Positions 9,224 through 18,512 of a stretch of 64,000 bases of DNA are shown piece by piece. How positions within the stretch are numbered: position 1 is the first letter of the stretch; each line of letters starts with the position of its first letter. The stretch spans positions 32,001 to 96,000 of the forward strand of contig JANOQI010000042.1 of assembly GCA_031414775.1 (NCBI GenBank), given 5' to 3'. Both the position numbers and the translations under genes were made by a program. The stretch comes from Synechococcales cyanobacterium VAR_4_metabat_354. GTDB lineage: Bacteria > Cyanobacteriota > Cyanobacteriia > Cyanobacteriales > Chamaesiphonaceae. The notes beneath the pieces are model-generated. The model was not told the origin of the DNA and searched no databases. It was given only the letters and a program-made list of their open reading frames with translations.

Positions 9224-10066
9224 CTAGCCATGCTTGCGCAAAAAGCTCTTGATATCAGTAGTAAAGACATTAAAATTCTGAAAATCTGTATTTTTAGGTT
9301 TTAGTGCCGAAGGATCGATCGCGACGGGCAAGCTCTGAAAATCTGGAACCACTTCTTTGACCAAATCAGTCATCATCAGCCGCAGTCCAATTTGTTGAAC
9401 AGTTAGGATTGGTAAGTCAATCTCCTCGGAAATCTTGGCAATGCTGGTGTAGCCATTCGCTAATTCCCATACCTGTATTTCTTGAGTATCTAGTTTAAAA
9501 GCAGGTAAATCAGACCGTAGCTTTTTTAGAGCTTTGTTTGTTGCTGGTAGCTGATTTGTAAAGGGATTCCAATTTCTTAAAACCCTTAATCCGAGTAGAA
9601 TAGCTTCGGCGGCAGCAATACTCATTCCAGTCATTTCTGACCAGACCAAAGGTGTTTTCTCATCAAAATGAAATTCTCCCTGATCAGTTTTAAACAAGGT
9701 GCAAATTGGTTGAATAATTTGAGCCTGAAATAATAACCTTAATTGTTCAGTGTCTAAAGCATTATTTTCATGTAAATATAATCCTAGGGGCTGCTCTAGC
9801 GAATTTAGTTGACAGTGCTCCGTAAATATATCTGCGGGCGACATTAATTTACGTTTTTTAATCATTCCTAGTAATCCAGTATGTTCTAAATCTCTGGCCA
9901 CTGCCATAATTCGGCCACTTTGGAACCAAACATAGTAAGGAGCTACCGAAATTTCCATTTTGTTATTCACAGCAGTTAATGATAGCAAACCAGTTCTAAA
10001 ACCGCGCTGAATAAATTGAAATATTTTAGCTAATGAATGTTCTGATAAATATCCCTGAAAAGCCAT
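9224..10066 (-). CDS. DUF4388 (PATAN-like) protein with C-terminal winged helix, copy c (most diverged)
   Basis: MAFQGYLSEHSLAKIFQFIQRGFRTGLL..YVWFQSGRI; C-terminal LDTQEIQVWELANG..SIAKI..VQQIGLRLMMTDLVKEV. Confidence 0.88.
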   Translation of the reverse strand: MAFQGYLSEHSLAKIFQFIQRGFRTGLLSLTAVNNKMEISVAPYYVWFQSGRIMAVARDLEHTGLLGMIKKRKLMSPADIFTEHCQLNSLEQPLGLYLHENNALDTEQLRLLFQAQIIQPICTLFKTDQGEFHFDEKTPLVWSEMTGMSIAAAEAILLGLRVLRNWNPFTNQLPATNKALKKLRSDLPAFKLDTQEIQVWELANGYTSIAKISEEIDLPILTVQQIGLRLMMTDLVKEVVPDFQSLPVAIDPSALKPKNTDFQNFNVFTTDIKSFLRKHG

Positions 10067-10156
10067 GGAAAAATCCGGTATGGAGCACTATTAAAAATGT
10101 GCCAATTACAACAGACTAATAAAATCAGAGATTTTGAGGTGTTAAATTGGCGATAT

Positions 10157-10253
10157 CTCATTTATACAATAGCTATTCATCTAAATCATTCAGTAAGATT
10201 ACTCATATTTAGAACAGTTGTTTTTCCATCTAAAAAAGCTCAGTAATTACACG
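10157..10253 (-). promoter_or_regulatory. Putative promoter and operator of DUF4388 copy c
   Basis: CTCATTTATAC (10157-10167; minus strand GTATAAATGAG, -10-like) and TCAGTAATTACACG (10240-10253). Both recur exactly, with the same 83-bp offset, at 12895 and 12978. Confidence 0.6.
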
Positions 10254-10322
10254 AAATATCGCCCTGTCAACACGAGGTTAACAGAGCTATTCACCAGTAT
10301 TAATCACTCGTTATCGCAAATA

Positions 10323-10874
10323 TTAAACTAGTTGGCCGAGAAGTTTTTCAGCCATACACTGCTCTAGTAGAACCGTAATGGCTTCAGCCACTGAATCTTG
10401 TTTATTAGCATCGACTAGCATGATCGGTGGTCGGGGCATATCTGGCAAATAACCCAGTGCTAAGGTCACATTTTCTGGAGACCAAGCACCAGCGCAATCA
10501 TTGTGAGTTACCCCAATCATCATCGGAATTGTCATCCGTTGATTCATGAAGTTCAAAATGCGGCGAGCTTGGTGAAATTCACTGGGTCGATGAGCAGCCA
10601 CCAGCAAAATATAGGCATGAGCCTTGCTAATTAAAATATCCCACATGAAATTAAAGCGGGCCTGACCGGGAGTTCCATAAATATGCAAAGCCATTTCGGG
10701 ACTAAAAGTTAGTTTGCCAAAGTCCATGGAAACAGTAGTATTTTGCTTGATTTCGGTAACTTCATCAGTAGCCTGCCGATCGGTATCTACTACTTCAATT
10801 TCACTGATCGATCGAATAAAAGTAGTTTTACCAGCACCTACACAACCAGTGACAACTAAACGCATAACTTCCAT
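10323..10874 (-). CDS. Small GTPase, MglA/CvnD-like ATP/GTP-binding protein, copy 1
   Basis: G1 GCVGAGKTT, G2 TTVSMDFG, G3 YGTPGQARF, G4-position THND. Confidence 0.92.
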   Translation of the reverse strand: MEVMRLVVTGCVGAGKTTFIRSISEIEVVDTDRQATDEVTEIKQNTTVSMDFGKLTFSPEMALHIYGTPGQARFNFMWDILISKAHAYILLVAAHRPSEFHQARRILNFMNQRMTIPMMIGVTHNDCAGAWSPENVTLALGYLPDMPRPPIMLVDANKQDSVAEAITVLLEQCMAEKLLGQLV

Positions 10875-10878
10875 ATTT

Positions 10879-11736
10879 CTATACTCGCTTCTTCAAGAAG
10901 CCCACTAAATTACTCATGAATGACTTAGATAAAGCCGATTTGCTAGCTCCAGTTTTGGTAGGAAGAGCATCTGTAGCGATTGCCAGTTTTGCTGGTGATG
11001 GTAAAACTAGATCTAAGACAATTTCTTTCACCAATCCGACTGCAACCAACCGATAACTAATTTGTTGTACTTTTTCTAATGCTATATTTATTTTCTGTGC
11101 AATTTGAGTAATACTAATGTCAGCATTAGCTAGTTCCCACACCTGAATTTCTTGAGTATCTAGTTTAAAAGAGGGCTTTTCAGGATAGAGTCTTTGTAGA
11201 CCAAAATCGGGAGCAGGCAACTTGTGTTCAATCAAGCTCCAGTCCCGCAAAACTCTTAAACCTAGTAAACTTGCCTCGTTAGCATTCATACTAATTCCGG
11301 TCATTTCAGGATAAGCTAGCGGTGATTGTTCATCAAAAGAAAATTTAGCATCAGTAATTTTAAAGAGTCCGCATACCGGTTGCAAAACTTGCGAATGAAA
11401 CAGTAGGCGGAGTTGTTCAGTATCCAGACCACCCGTAGATTTAAGATACAAACCCAAAGGTTGATTGGTTGATTTCAACTCTTGACGTAAAGCAGCTAAA
11501 TTATCAACATCAACCCATGCGCGCTGAGCAATCATCGAAAGTAATCCTAGCTTGCTTAAGTCTCTGGCATGAGCCGTAAGCCGACCATTTTGGAACCAAA
11601 TATAGCTAGGATTGATGAATGTTTGAACAGAGTCGTTATCTGGATTAATCGATAACAAACCAGTCTTGTAACCTTGCTGAATAAATTGAAATATTTCTGC
11701 TAGTGAGTATTCGGATAGAGATCCTGCAAGAGCCAT
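10879..11736 (-). CDS. DUF4388 (PATAN-like) protein with C-terminal winged helix, copy a
   Basis: MALAGSLSEYSLAEIFQFIQQGYKTGLL..YIWFQNGR; wHTH-like C-terminal region; tail SKSFMSNLVGFLKKRV. Confidence 0.9.
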   Translation of the reverse strand: MALAGSLSEYSLAEIFQFIQQGYKTGLLSINPDNDSVQTFINPSYIWFQNGRLTAHARDLSKLGLLSMIAQRAWVDVDNLAALRQELKSTNQPLGLYLKSTGGLDTEQLRLLFHSQVLQPVCGLFKITDAKFSFDEQSPLAYPEMTGISMNANEASLLGLRVLRDWSLIEHKLPAPDFGLQRLYPEKPSFKLDTQEIQVWELANADISITQIAQKINIALEKVQQISYRLVAVGLVKEIVLDLVLPSPAKLAIATDALPTKTGASKSALSKSFMSNLVGFLKKRV

Positions 11737-11830
11737 GATGGTCTCCAGTGAAGAAAATAATTAATAATAGTTAAAGAACAATAGATATTTATCTACAAAG
11801 ACTAAATGAAGAGTTATTTGAAACAATATA

Positions 11831-11874
11831 AAGAACCAATTCCTGTATTTTGTCAATTATAGGAACTGGCTCTT
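11831..11874 (-). terminator. Stem-loop between roadblock copy 1 and DUF4388 copy a
   Basis: Minus strand AAGAGCCAGUUCCU...AGGAAUUGGUUCUU, 14-bp stem with two G-U pairs, followed by a U-rich tract. Confidence 0.65.
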
Positions 11875-11890
11875 ATTAAGCCCCAATAGA

Positions 11891-12253
11891 CTAGTTTAAT
11901 TCTGCTTTGATCGCTACAACAGCTTTTTTGATATCGAGCATTAATAGACCTTGTTTAGCCGATTGACTAGCCAAAACTAGCAATACAGCGTCTACGCCAC
12001 AACCAGTCAAAATACCGTAGCCAGTGTCGCCTTCTACCATGATGCGATCGACAGTGCCCCGGGATAGCTCTATCCCAATTCGCTCACCCAAGGAGAGCAT
12101 CGCTGCCGACATCGCCGAAGTCCGATCTTCGTCCATACCAGTAGGCAGAGAAGAGGCCAAAGGTAATCCATCTGGGGACACTAAGGCAGCACCTTGAACA
12201 TCGGATGTGCCCGAGACGAATTCTTGTAAAATAGTTCCAATTTTTCCGGACAT
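11891..12253 (-). CDS. Roadblock/LC7 (MglB/CvnB-like) protein, copy 1
   Basis: VQGAALVSPDGLPLAS..DEDRTSAMSAAMLSLGER..IMVEGDTGY..VLLVLA..KQGLLMLDIK. Confidence 0.93.
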   Translation of the reverse strand: MSGKIGTILQEFVSGTSDVQGAALVSPDGLPLASSLPTGMDEDRTSAMSAAMLSLGERIGIELSRGTVDRIMVEGDTGYGILTGCGVDAVLLVLASQSAKQGLLMLDIKKAVVAIKAELN

Positions 12254-12306
12254 GATTTCCTCAATTTAGGTAGTTAGTTTTTTAGTGAAAGTAGTCGTTA
12301 GTGAAG

Positions 12307-12777
12307 TTAGCCTAAAGCTTTGAATTCAAATATGTCATAAGCACTGCCGCGCAAAACAGACTCAGTGTGAGAACCTTGCAAGCGATGACCAGTTACTGCT
12401 TCTAAAGCTCCCCAAACGGCACCCAAGGTGAAGGTACATTTGCGGCTAGAACCCATTTCTTCCCCAGCCGAACAAACAGTTTCAGTGCAATAAACTTTGA
12501 TATTGTCGCCGTCTTGCTCAGCCTTATTAATAGCAGTCAAACGAGTACCGTTTTGGCCAACAGCAGCATCCAATTTAGCGGCAATCTCAGCGATCGGCAG
12601 ATTGGAACCAGCTAAACCGAGGCTCGTAGCTAAAGCCTTGCCCCGAGCGCGGCCAGCCGCAATCAAAGAGATCGCAGTAGCTTTTTCACCGAGAGCATCT
12701 TCCATACCAGTAATTACAGACTTGAAGCAAACAATGCTGCTGAAGTCGCCAAGATTTTCGCGAATAGCGATAGGCAT
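12307..12777 (-). CDS. Stand-alone V4R-domain (small-ligand binding) protein
   Basis: MEDALGEKATAISLIAAGRARGK..VYCTETVCSAGE..CTFTLGAVWGALEAVTG..HTESVLRG..FEF. Confidence 0.8.
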   Translation of the reverse strand: MPIAIRENLGDFSSIVCFKSVITGMEDALGEKATAISLIAAGRARGKALATSLGLAGSNLPIAEIAAKLDAAVGQNGTRLTAINKAEQDGDNIKVYCTETVCSAGEEMGSSRKCTFTLGAVWGALEAVTGHRLQGSHTESVLRGSAYDIFEFKALG

Positions 12778-12894
12778 AATTGATTTTCCTTGATTTATAA
12801 ATCGGGGTTGGTAGTCAGAGCTGATTCGTTAGCACTGGAGACCGATAAAATTTTTGCAAACGGCTCTCTGTAATTGATATCAGCGTTGCTACTC

Positions 12895-12991
12895 CTCATT
12901 TATACGATACGTCTACCAGTGATAAATCCGTGAGACCACCAATGTTTGAGGTGGGAATATTCAGATCACCGCAAAATTCAGTAATTACACG
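12895..12991 (-). promoter_or_regulatory. Putative promoter and operator of the V4R-roadblock-DUF4388-GTPase unit
   Basis: CTCATTTATAC at 12895-12905 and TCAGTAATTACACG at 12978-12991, identical in sequence and spacing to 10157/10240. Confidence 0.6.
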
Positions 12992-13118
12992 TATTAAGGC
13001 ACTTGAACCAGATTATTGATAGTAGTAGATTAGTTGAAATCCTGAAAAGCTCGGTAATCATTACGCGCGATTACCTAGAAGGCGATATTTAGAGTGAATA
13101 AGTGCATAGCAAAAACAA

Positions 13119-13667
13119 CTACATGGTAGCCACTGATTCTTCTGGCATACACTGCTCTAACAACACCATCACTGCCGCAGCCACGGATTCTTGTTCATTA
13201 GCATCTACTTGCACGATCGGTGGTCGATACATATCTGGCAAATAGCCTAGGGCTAATGCGACATTTTCTGGAGTCCAAGCACCATCACAATCATTATGAG
13301 TCATTCCGATGATCATCGGAATGGCCATCCGTTGATTCATAAAGTTCAAAATGCGGCGAGCTTGGTGAAACTCACTGGGACGGTGAGCAGCAACTAGCAA
13401 AATATAGGCATGAGCCTTGCTAATTAAAATATCCCACATGAAATTAAAACGTGCTTGACCGGGAGTCCCATAGATGTGCAAAGACATTTCGGGGCTAAAA
13501 GTTAGTTTGCCAAAGTCCATGGAAACAGTAGTCGTTTGTTTCATATCAGCAACTTCGTCAGTAGCTTGTCGATCGGTGTTTACTACTTCAATTTCACTGA
13601 TCGATCGAATAAAAGTAGTTTTACCAGCACCCACGCAACCAGTGACCACCAAACGCATAATTTCCAT
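13119..13667 (-). CDS. Small GTPase, MglA/CvnD-like, copy 2
   Basis: Same G1-G4 motifs; near-identical to 10323-10874 over most of its length. Confidence 0.92.
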   Translation of the reverse strand: MEIMRLVVTGCVGAGKTTFIRSISEIEVVNTDRQATDEVADMKQTTTVSMDFGKLTFSPEMSLHIYGTPGQARFNFMWDILISKAHAYILLVAAHRPSEFHQARRILNFMNQRMAIPMIIGMTHNDCDGAWTPENVALALGYLPDMYRPPIVQVDANEQESVAAAVMVLLEQCMPEESVATM

Positions 13668-13671
13668 ATTT

Positions 13672-14526
13672 CTATACTTTCTTCTTTAAGAAGCTCATTA
13701 AATTACTCATGAATGACTTAGACAAAGCTGGTTTGCTAACTTCGTTTCTAGCTAGGGATTGATCGGCAGGCGCGCTCTTTTTTAATACTGGCGGAGCCAG
13801 TTCTAGAGCAATTTCTTTGACTAAGCCCACTGCGGCTAGCCGATAACTAATTTGTTGCACTGTGGTTAGGGCTAGCTCCGTTTTTTTAGCAATTTGAGCA
13901 AGGCTAATATTACCACTGGCTAATTCCCAAACCTGCATTTCTTGCGTATCGAGTTTAAGAGCTGTTAATTCAGGGGAAAGTTTTTTCAGGCCAAAGTCAG
14001 CAGTTGGTAGCTTATCTGCCAGCAAGCTCCAGTCGCGCAACACTCTTAAACCTAGCAAACTCGCTTCCCCCGCCGTCATACTCAGCCCCGTCATTTCTGA
14101 ATAGGCGAGGGGCAGCTTTTCATCGAAAGCAAACCGGGCATTGGCTAACTTGAAAAGTCCGCATACTGGCTGCAAAACCTGCGAACGAAACAACATCCGT
14201 AGTTGCTCGGTGTCTAGAATCCCTCTAGACTTAAGATACAAACCTAGCGGCTCATTCATTATTTCAAATTTTTGCTGTAGATAAGATAAATCTTTATCCA
14301 CTGCCCAGCCCCGTTGATCAATCATCATTAGCAGTCCTAGGTGGCTTCGGTCTCGGGCATGAGATACAATCCGCCCATTGCGAAACCAAATATAGCTAGG
14401 AAATATGTTTGATTGAATAGAATAATGATCAGGTTCAATTAATAACAAACCGGTTTTATATCCTTGCTGAACAAATTGAAATATTTCTACTAGTGAGTAT
14501 TCAGACAGAGATCCGGTAAGAGCCAT
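13672..14526 (-). CDS. DUF4388 (PATAN-like) protein with C-terminal winged helix, copy b
   Basis: Paralog of 10879-11736. Start set at ATG 14526 (MALTGSLSEY) with GGAG RBS, as in copy a. Confidence 0.9.
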   Translation of the reverse strand: MALTGSLSEYSLVEIFQFVQQGYKTGLLLIEPDHYSIQSNIFPSYIWFRNGRIVSHARDRSHLGLLMMIDQRGWAVDKDLSYLQQKFEIMNEPLGLYLKSRGILDTEQLRMLFRSQVLQPVCGLFKLANARFAFDEKLPLAYSEMTGLSMTAGEASLLGLRVLRDWSLLADKLPTADFGLKKLSPELTALKLDTQEMQVWELASGNISLAQIAKKTELALTTVQQISYRLAAVGLVKEIALELAPPVLKKSAPADQSLARNEVSKPALSKSFMSNLMSFLKKKV

Positions 14527-14623
14527 GATGGTCTCCAGTAAAGAAAAAATTAAAAGTAGATATGGTAGAGAAAATAAAAGATGCCTGATTGAAAAGAATA
14601 TATGGAGAGCCGCTAGCAACAAC

Positions 14624-14677
14624 AGAAGAACTAGTTCCCGTATTTTATGAACAGTAGGAAACAGTTCTAGTTCTCCT
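14624..14677 (-). terminator. Stem-loop between roadblock copy 2 and DUF4388 copy b
   Basis: Minus strand AGGAGAACUAG...CUAGUUCUUCU outer stem with inner UUCCU/GGGAA; same position as the hairpin at 11831. Confidence 0.6.
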
Positions 14678-14691
14678 TCAACTACACTAAC

Positions 14692-15048
14692 TCAACTCAA
14701 CTCTGCTTTGATGGCAATGACAGCTTTTTTGATATCTAGCATCAATAAACCTTGCTTAGCAGCTTTGCTGGCCAAAACGAGAAACATTGCATCTTCGCCA
14801 CAGCCGATCAAAATGCCATAACCAGTATCGCCTTCTACCATGATGCGATCGACATTACCGCGAGCTAGTTCTTTACCAATGCGTTCACCCAAGGACAGCA
14901 TCGCTGCCGACATCGCCGAAGTGCGGTCTTCATCCATACCCACCGGCAAAGAAGAAGCCAAAGGTAATCCATCTGGAGATACTAAAGCTGCACCTTGGAC
15001 ATCAGCAGTACCCGAAACGAATTCTTGTAAAATGTTTCCAATTGACAT
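14692..15048 (-). CDS. Roadblock/LC7 (MglB/CvnB-like) protein, copy 2
   Basis: Close paralog of 11891-12253; GAGG RBS. Confidence 0.93.
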   Translation of the reverse strand: MSIGNILQEFVSGTADVQGAALVSPDGLPLASSLPVGMDEDRTSAMSAAMLSLGERIGKELARGNVDRIMVEGDTGYGILIGCGEDAMFLVLASKAAKQGLLMLDIKKAVIAIKAELS

Positions 15049-15248
15049 GATTTCCTCAATTTAGTTGTTTTGTGTTGATGGTGATTGATTTACATGATTA
15101 GCACCAGCCAAACCGAAGCTCTTAGCTAAGGACTTAGGTAATTTGGATTTCAGAATATTTATACATAAAGCTCCCAATGTATAATAATATCAGCATCACT
15201 ACCATCCATTTGATTAGCTAAGACAACAAAAAATCATTAGTATTGCAT

Positions 15249-15674
15249 TTATTGATTGCAAAAAAGTAGTTCGATCGGCAAGTTATCGGGATCGGTAATA
15301 AAAGCTACTTCGTACGTCTTGTTGCCAATTTGTTGCTGATGCGGGGCGAGTAAGATTTGGGGTTCGATCGAGAATTCTTGTTGTTCCGATAGTCGTGATT
15401 TCCAGTTGACTAGCCAGCTAGTAAGATTAGCAGCTTGATTTGTGATGTCTAAGGCTAGATGGTAGTAGCCCACATAATGTTCATTATGAAAAGAATCTGG
15501 GGCCGGGTGAGGTTCAGGAATCTGAATCAGTTCCAGGCGGGACTGCTGACCCGTGAGCCAACAGGCCAAGGTATAGCCTGTGGTGAACCGCTCACTGATC
15601 TCAAAGCCGAGAGAGGAGTAGAAAGTGATCGATCGATGAATATTGGCCGTCCGAATAGAAATATGGTGTAACAT
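15249..15674 (-). CDS. VOC/glyoxalase-family protein
   Basis: MLHHISIRTANIHRSITFY..GYYHLAL..FITDPDNLPIEL. Start set at ATG 15674. Confidence 0.9.
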   Translation of the reverse strand: MLHHISIRTANIHRSITFYSSLGFEISERFTTGYTLACWLTGQQSRLELIQIPEPHPAPDSFHNEHYVGYYHLALDITNQAANLTSWLVNWKSRLSEQQEFSIEPQILLAPHQQQIGNKTYEVAFITDPDNLPIELLFCNQ

Positions 15675-15691
15675 TGCTCTCCAACCTCGGT

Positions 15692-16189
15692 CTAAATCCG
15701 AAAATAAGGATATTGAAGAGGAATACCTGGCTTGGCATCTAAATCGAAATTGATTACTGCCCAACAAGGTTCATCAGCAGCCTCTGGACTAAAAAACACC
15801 GGCAGATTATACAGCAGCGGCAAATTAGATTCACTGATCAGCCCAGGCATTCCTTTCTCCAAATAGCTGCTAATTAACTCCTGATAGCGATGAGCAATAA
15901 TCACCCGGGTTGCTTGGTAGCCCTTGATATAGAGCTTATCGAGAGCATCATGAATCTCGAAACGGATGCCATCAGGATGAGTATGCTGCCGGTACCACTC
16001 ACTTTCCCATAGCTGCCAATGGCGGCCAGATTGGAGGTGGATGATTTCACGAGTATCGGGATCAGACTCAAAAGCCCCATGCCGAGGGCACAGGTAAGTG
16101 TCAGTCAGAGTCAAGGCTGGAATGACTTGGTGACAGTGAGGACAGGTGATTTCCGCCCCGAATATTGGATATTGGAAGGCTAAATTCAT
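15692..16189 (-). CDS. TIGR02652/DUF2396-family cyanobacterial protein
   Basis: QYPIFG..CPHC.Q.IPALTLTDTYLCPRHGAFE..HLQSGRHW..WYRQHTHPDGIRFEIH. Confidence 0.88.
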   Translation of the reverse strand: MNLAFQYPIFGAEITCPHCHQVIPALTLTDTYLCPRHGAFESDPDTREIIHLQSGRHWQLWESEWYRQHTHPDGIRFEIHDALDKLYIKGYQATRVIIAHRYQELISSYLEKGMPGLISESNLPLLYNLPVFFSPEAADEPCWAVINFDLDAKPGIPLQYPYFRI

Positions 16190-16693
16190 ATGAGATAATC
16201 AGTCAGATGGCTAATAGTAAGAACCCAATTTACTCCTAAAATGTTCTCTTGATGCCACTATCCTACACCCATTAATTCAGTCTAGAGCAGGAGTTAGTAC
16301 TTAATCATTATCTGCCACTTACTAAAATCTAACATGCTATCTTTTACAATTTTTTGGGCATCTTGAGCATAGTCGAGGAATATAACTTCACCGACTCGTC
16401 CTCAATTTGCGATGGGTTCTGGCTCTACCACCTCCATCAATTACTGATGTGCAGGGTAAAGGCGATAGCTTTGCTTCTTCTTTACGCACCAAGCTCTGAT
16501 TTTATCGCAGCGTAGCAGGAGGCGATAGTCTCCAAAAGTTAAATATTTTTATAGTTGCCATAAAATGATTTTACAAAAATAGTTGTTATGTTAGTTCTGT
16601 AATTTTAGTCAGGGTCAGAAAAAATTCAGTTGATCTTGCTGCCTAGTCAGCAAATGTCCTGATCGTCATTATCAGTATTTTAGGAGTAGAACA

Positions 16694-17701
16694 ATGGACG
16701 ATAACAAACAGCAAATAGTTCACTATTTTATTGAGGAAGCCCAAGAACATTTGGATGTTGTGGAACAGGGTTTGCTAGATTTGGGCGAAGTTATTAAAGA
16801 TGCCGATCGAGTCAATGAAATGTTTCGGGCCGCGCACTCCGTCAAAGGCGGTGCCGCCATGCTGGGCTTTGAGAGTATCCAAAAAACTGCTCACGAACTA
16901 GAAGACTGCTTTAAGGTGATGCGTGATCACTCAGTACCTGTCGATCAGCAATTAGAAACTATGTTCCTGAAAGGCTACGATACCTTAAAAGAGTTAGTCG
17001 GTGAGCTGGCCAATTCACCCACTCTCACCCTCCGCCCCGAAATCGTTGATCCCATTGTGCAGGGTTCCCGCGCCAACTTTATTGAACTCAAAGAGTATTT
17101 GAACGACTTACTGAGTATGGCTACAGTTAGTCCTGATTCTATGCCAGCCTTCCAACCAGCGGCGGCTGTTGCTACGGTTGTCAGTAGTGCTCCCACCGCT
17201 GTCATCGCTCCACCTGTCAACATCACAGCGAAGGTCATGGAAAATCTCCGCGCGATGTTGGGAGCTTTTAAACAGGGTGAAGCCAATGCTCCCCGCCACC
17301 AAATTTGTAGCTACAGCCAAAATTTATCGGCTTTTGGTCAAGATACAGCTAGCTGGCAAAATGTTTTAAGGATTGCCAATCAAGCTATCAACAATGCGAC
17401 CAACACTTATGAATCACTAGCTCCAGTCGTCATCAAAGACCTCAAACTGGCTGGCGATTTGTTGGCTGTCGGGCGAGGATCTGAAATATTGCCAAGTCCG
17501 GCACTTCAAGAATTAGCTTTGGCCTCAGCGCCAGTCGTAAAAACAGTCGTGCCCTCTCCACCAGCGGCACCAGCTCAAATCTCGATTCCTTTAGATTCAC
17601 GGGCGGCTGCTCAAGCAATTCTCCGCAGCTTCAACCGTCAGCAAGTCACTGAATTGGTTGTGCTATTACACCGTGCTATTAATATTCCTAAGCAAAACTA
17701 G
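16694..17701 (+). CDS. Stand-alone Hpt (CheA P1-like) phosphotransfer protein
   Basis: [33 protein letters not shown]; no HATPase or CheW domain follows. Confidence 0.88.
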   Translation: MDDNKQQIVHYFIEEAQEHLDVVEQGLLDLGEVIKDADRVNEMFRAAHSVKGGAAMLGFESIQKTAHELEDCFKVMRDHSVPVDQQLETMFLKGYDTLKELVGELANSPTLTLRPEIVDPIVQGSRANFIELKEYLNDLLSMATVSPDSMPAFQPAAAVATVVSSAPTAVIAPPVNITAKVMENLRAMLGAFKQGEANAPRHQICSYSQNLSAFGQDTASWQNVLRIANQAINNATNTYESLAPVVIKDLKLAGDLLAVGRGSEILPSPALQELALASAPVVKTVVPSPPAAPAQISIPLDSRAAAQAILRSFNRQQVTELVVLLHRAINIPKQN

Positions 17702-18458
17702 AGGAACTAGGTGGAACATCTTGCCACCGACCAGGCCCAACTGCTTGCAAAGCATCAGTGAGAGTTATGGCACTGGTATAAAGGGCTTTGCCTACAATTA
17801 CTCCCGTGACTCCATCCGATTCAAGTACCAACAAGTTTAGTAAATCACGTAGACAGCCTACTCCTCCAGAAGCAATGACTGGCACGGTAGTGCTGGCTGC
17901 TACGGCTTTTAGCGCCTCTAGGTTTGGTCCGATCAATGTACCATCCCGCTGGATATCTGTATAAATGATTGCTGCTGCGCCCCAATCTGCCATTTGTTGT
18001 GCCAGGTCAGTGGCGGCAATTTTGGAAGTTTCTAGCCATCCTCTGGTGGCTATTTGGCCATCCCGCGCATCCATGCCGATCACAATTTGACCGGGATATT
18101 GCTGGCAGAGTTCTTGTACTAATTGGGGCTGTTCGATCGCAATGGTGCCCACAATCGCACGTTCTACTCCCAAATCTAGTAATGCCTTGATCGCGTCGCC
18201 ATGCCGTAGACCACCACCCACTTGGATGCTCATCTGGCTGACGGCTCTGACAATTTGGCTAATCACTGCCAAGTTCTCCGGCTGACCCGATTTAGCCCCG
18301 TCTAGATCGACTAGATGTAGTTTGGTCGCACCTTGTTCTTGCCATTTTTGAGCAACGGCTACCGGATTCTCATCGAAGATTTGAGACTGGTCATAGTCAC
18401 CTTGATAGAGCCGAACACAGTTACCACCGAGGAGATCGATCGCTGGAAAAATATCCAT
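17688..18458 (-). CDS. hisA: ProFAR isomerase HisA
   Basis: [49 protein letters not shown]. Confidence 0.97.
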   Translation of the reverse strand: MDIFPAIDLLGGNCVRLYQGDYDQSQIFDENPVAVAQKWQEQGATKLHLVDLDGAKSGQPENLAVISQIVRAVSQMSIQVGGGLRHGDAIKALLDLGVERAIVGTIAIEQPQLVQELCQQYPGQIVIGMDARDGQIATRGWLETSKIAATDLAQQMADWGAAAIIYTDIQRDGTLIGPNLEALKAVAASTTVPVIASGGVGCLRDLLNLLVLESDGVTGVIVGKALYTSAITLTDALQAVGPGRWQDVPPSSSSFA

Positions 18459-18512
18459 AGCATCAGGGGAGAAATTACCTTGCTATTTTATGCTTAATGA
18501 GTCTGTGGATTT

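Noticed and set aside
16190..16693. 500-bp divergent spacer with AGGCGATAG twice, as a possible ncRNA or small ORF
   Set aside because: No convincing structure, known RNA motif or credible ORF.
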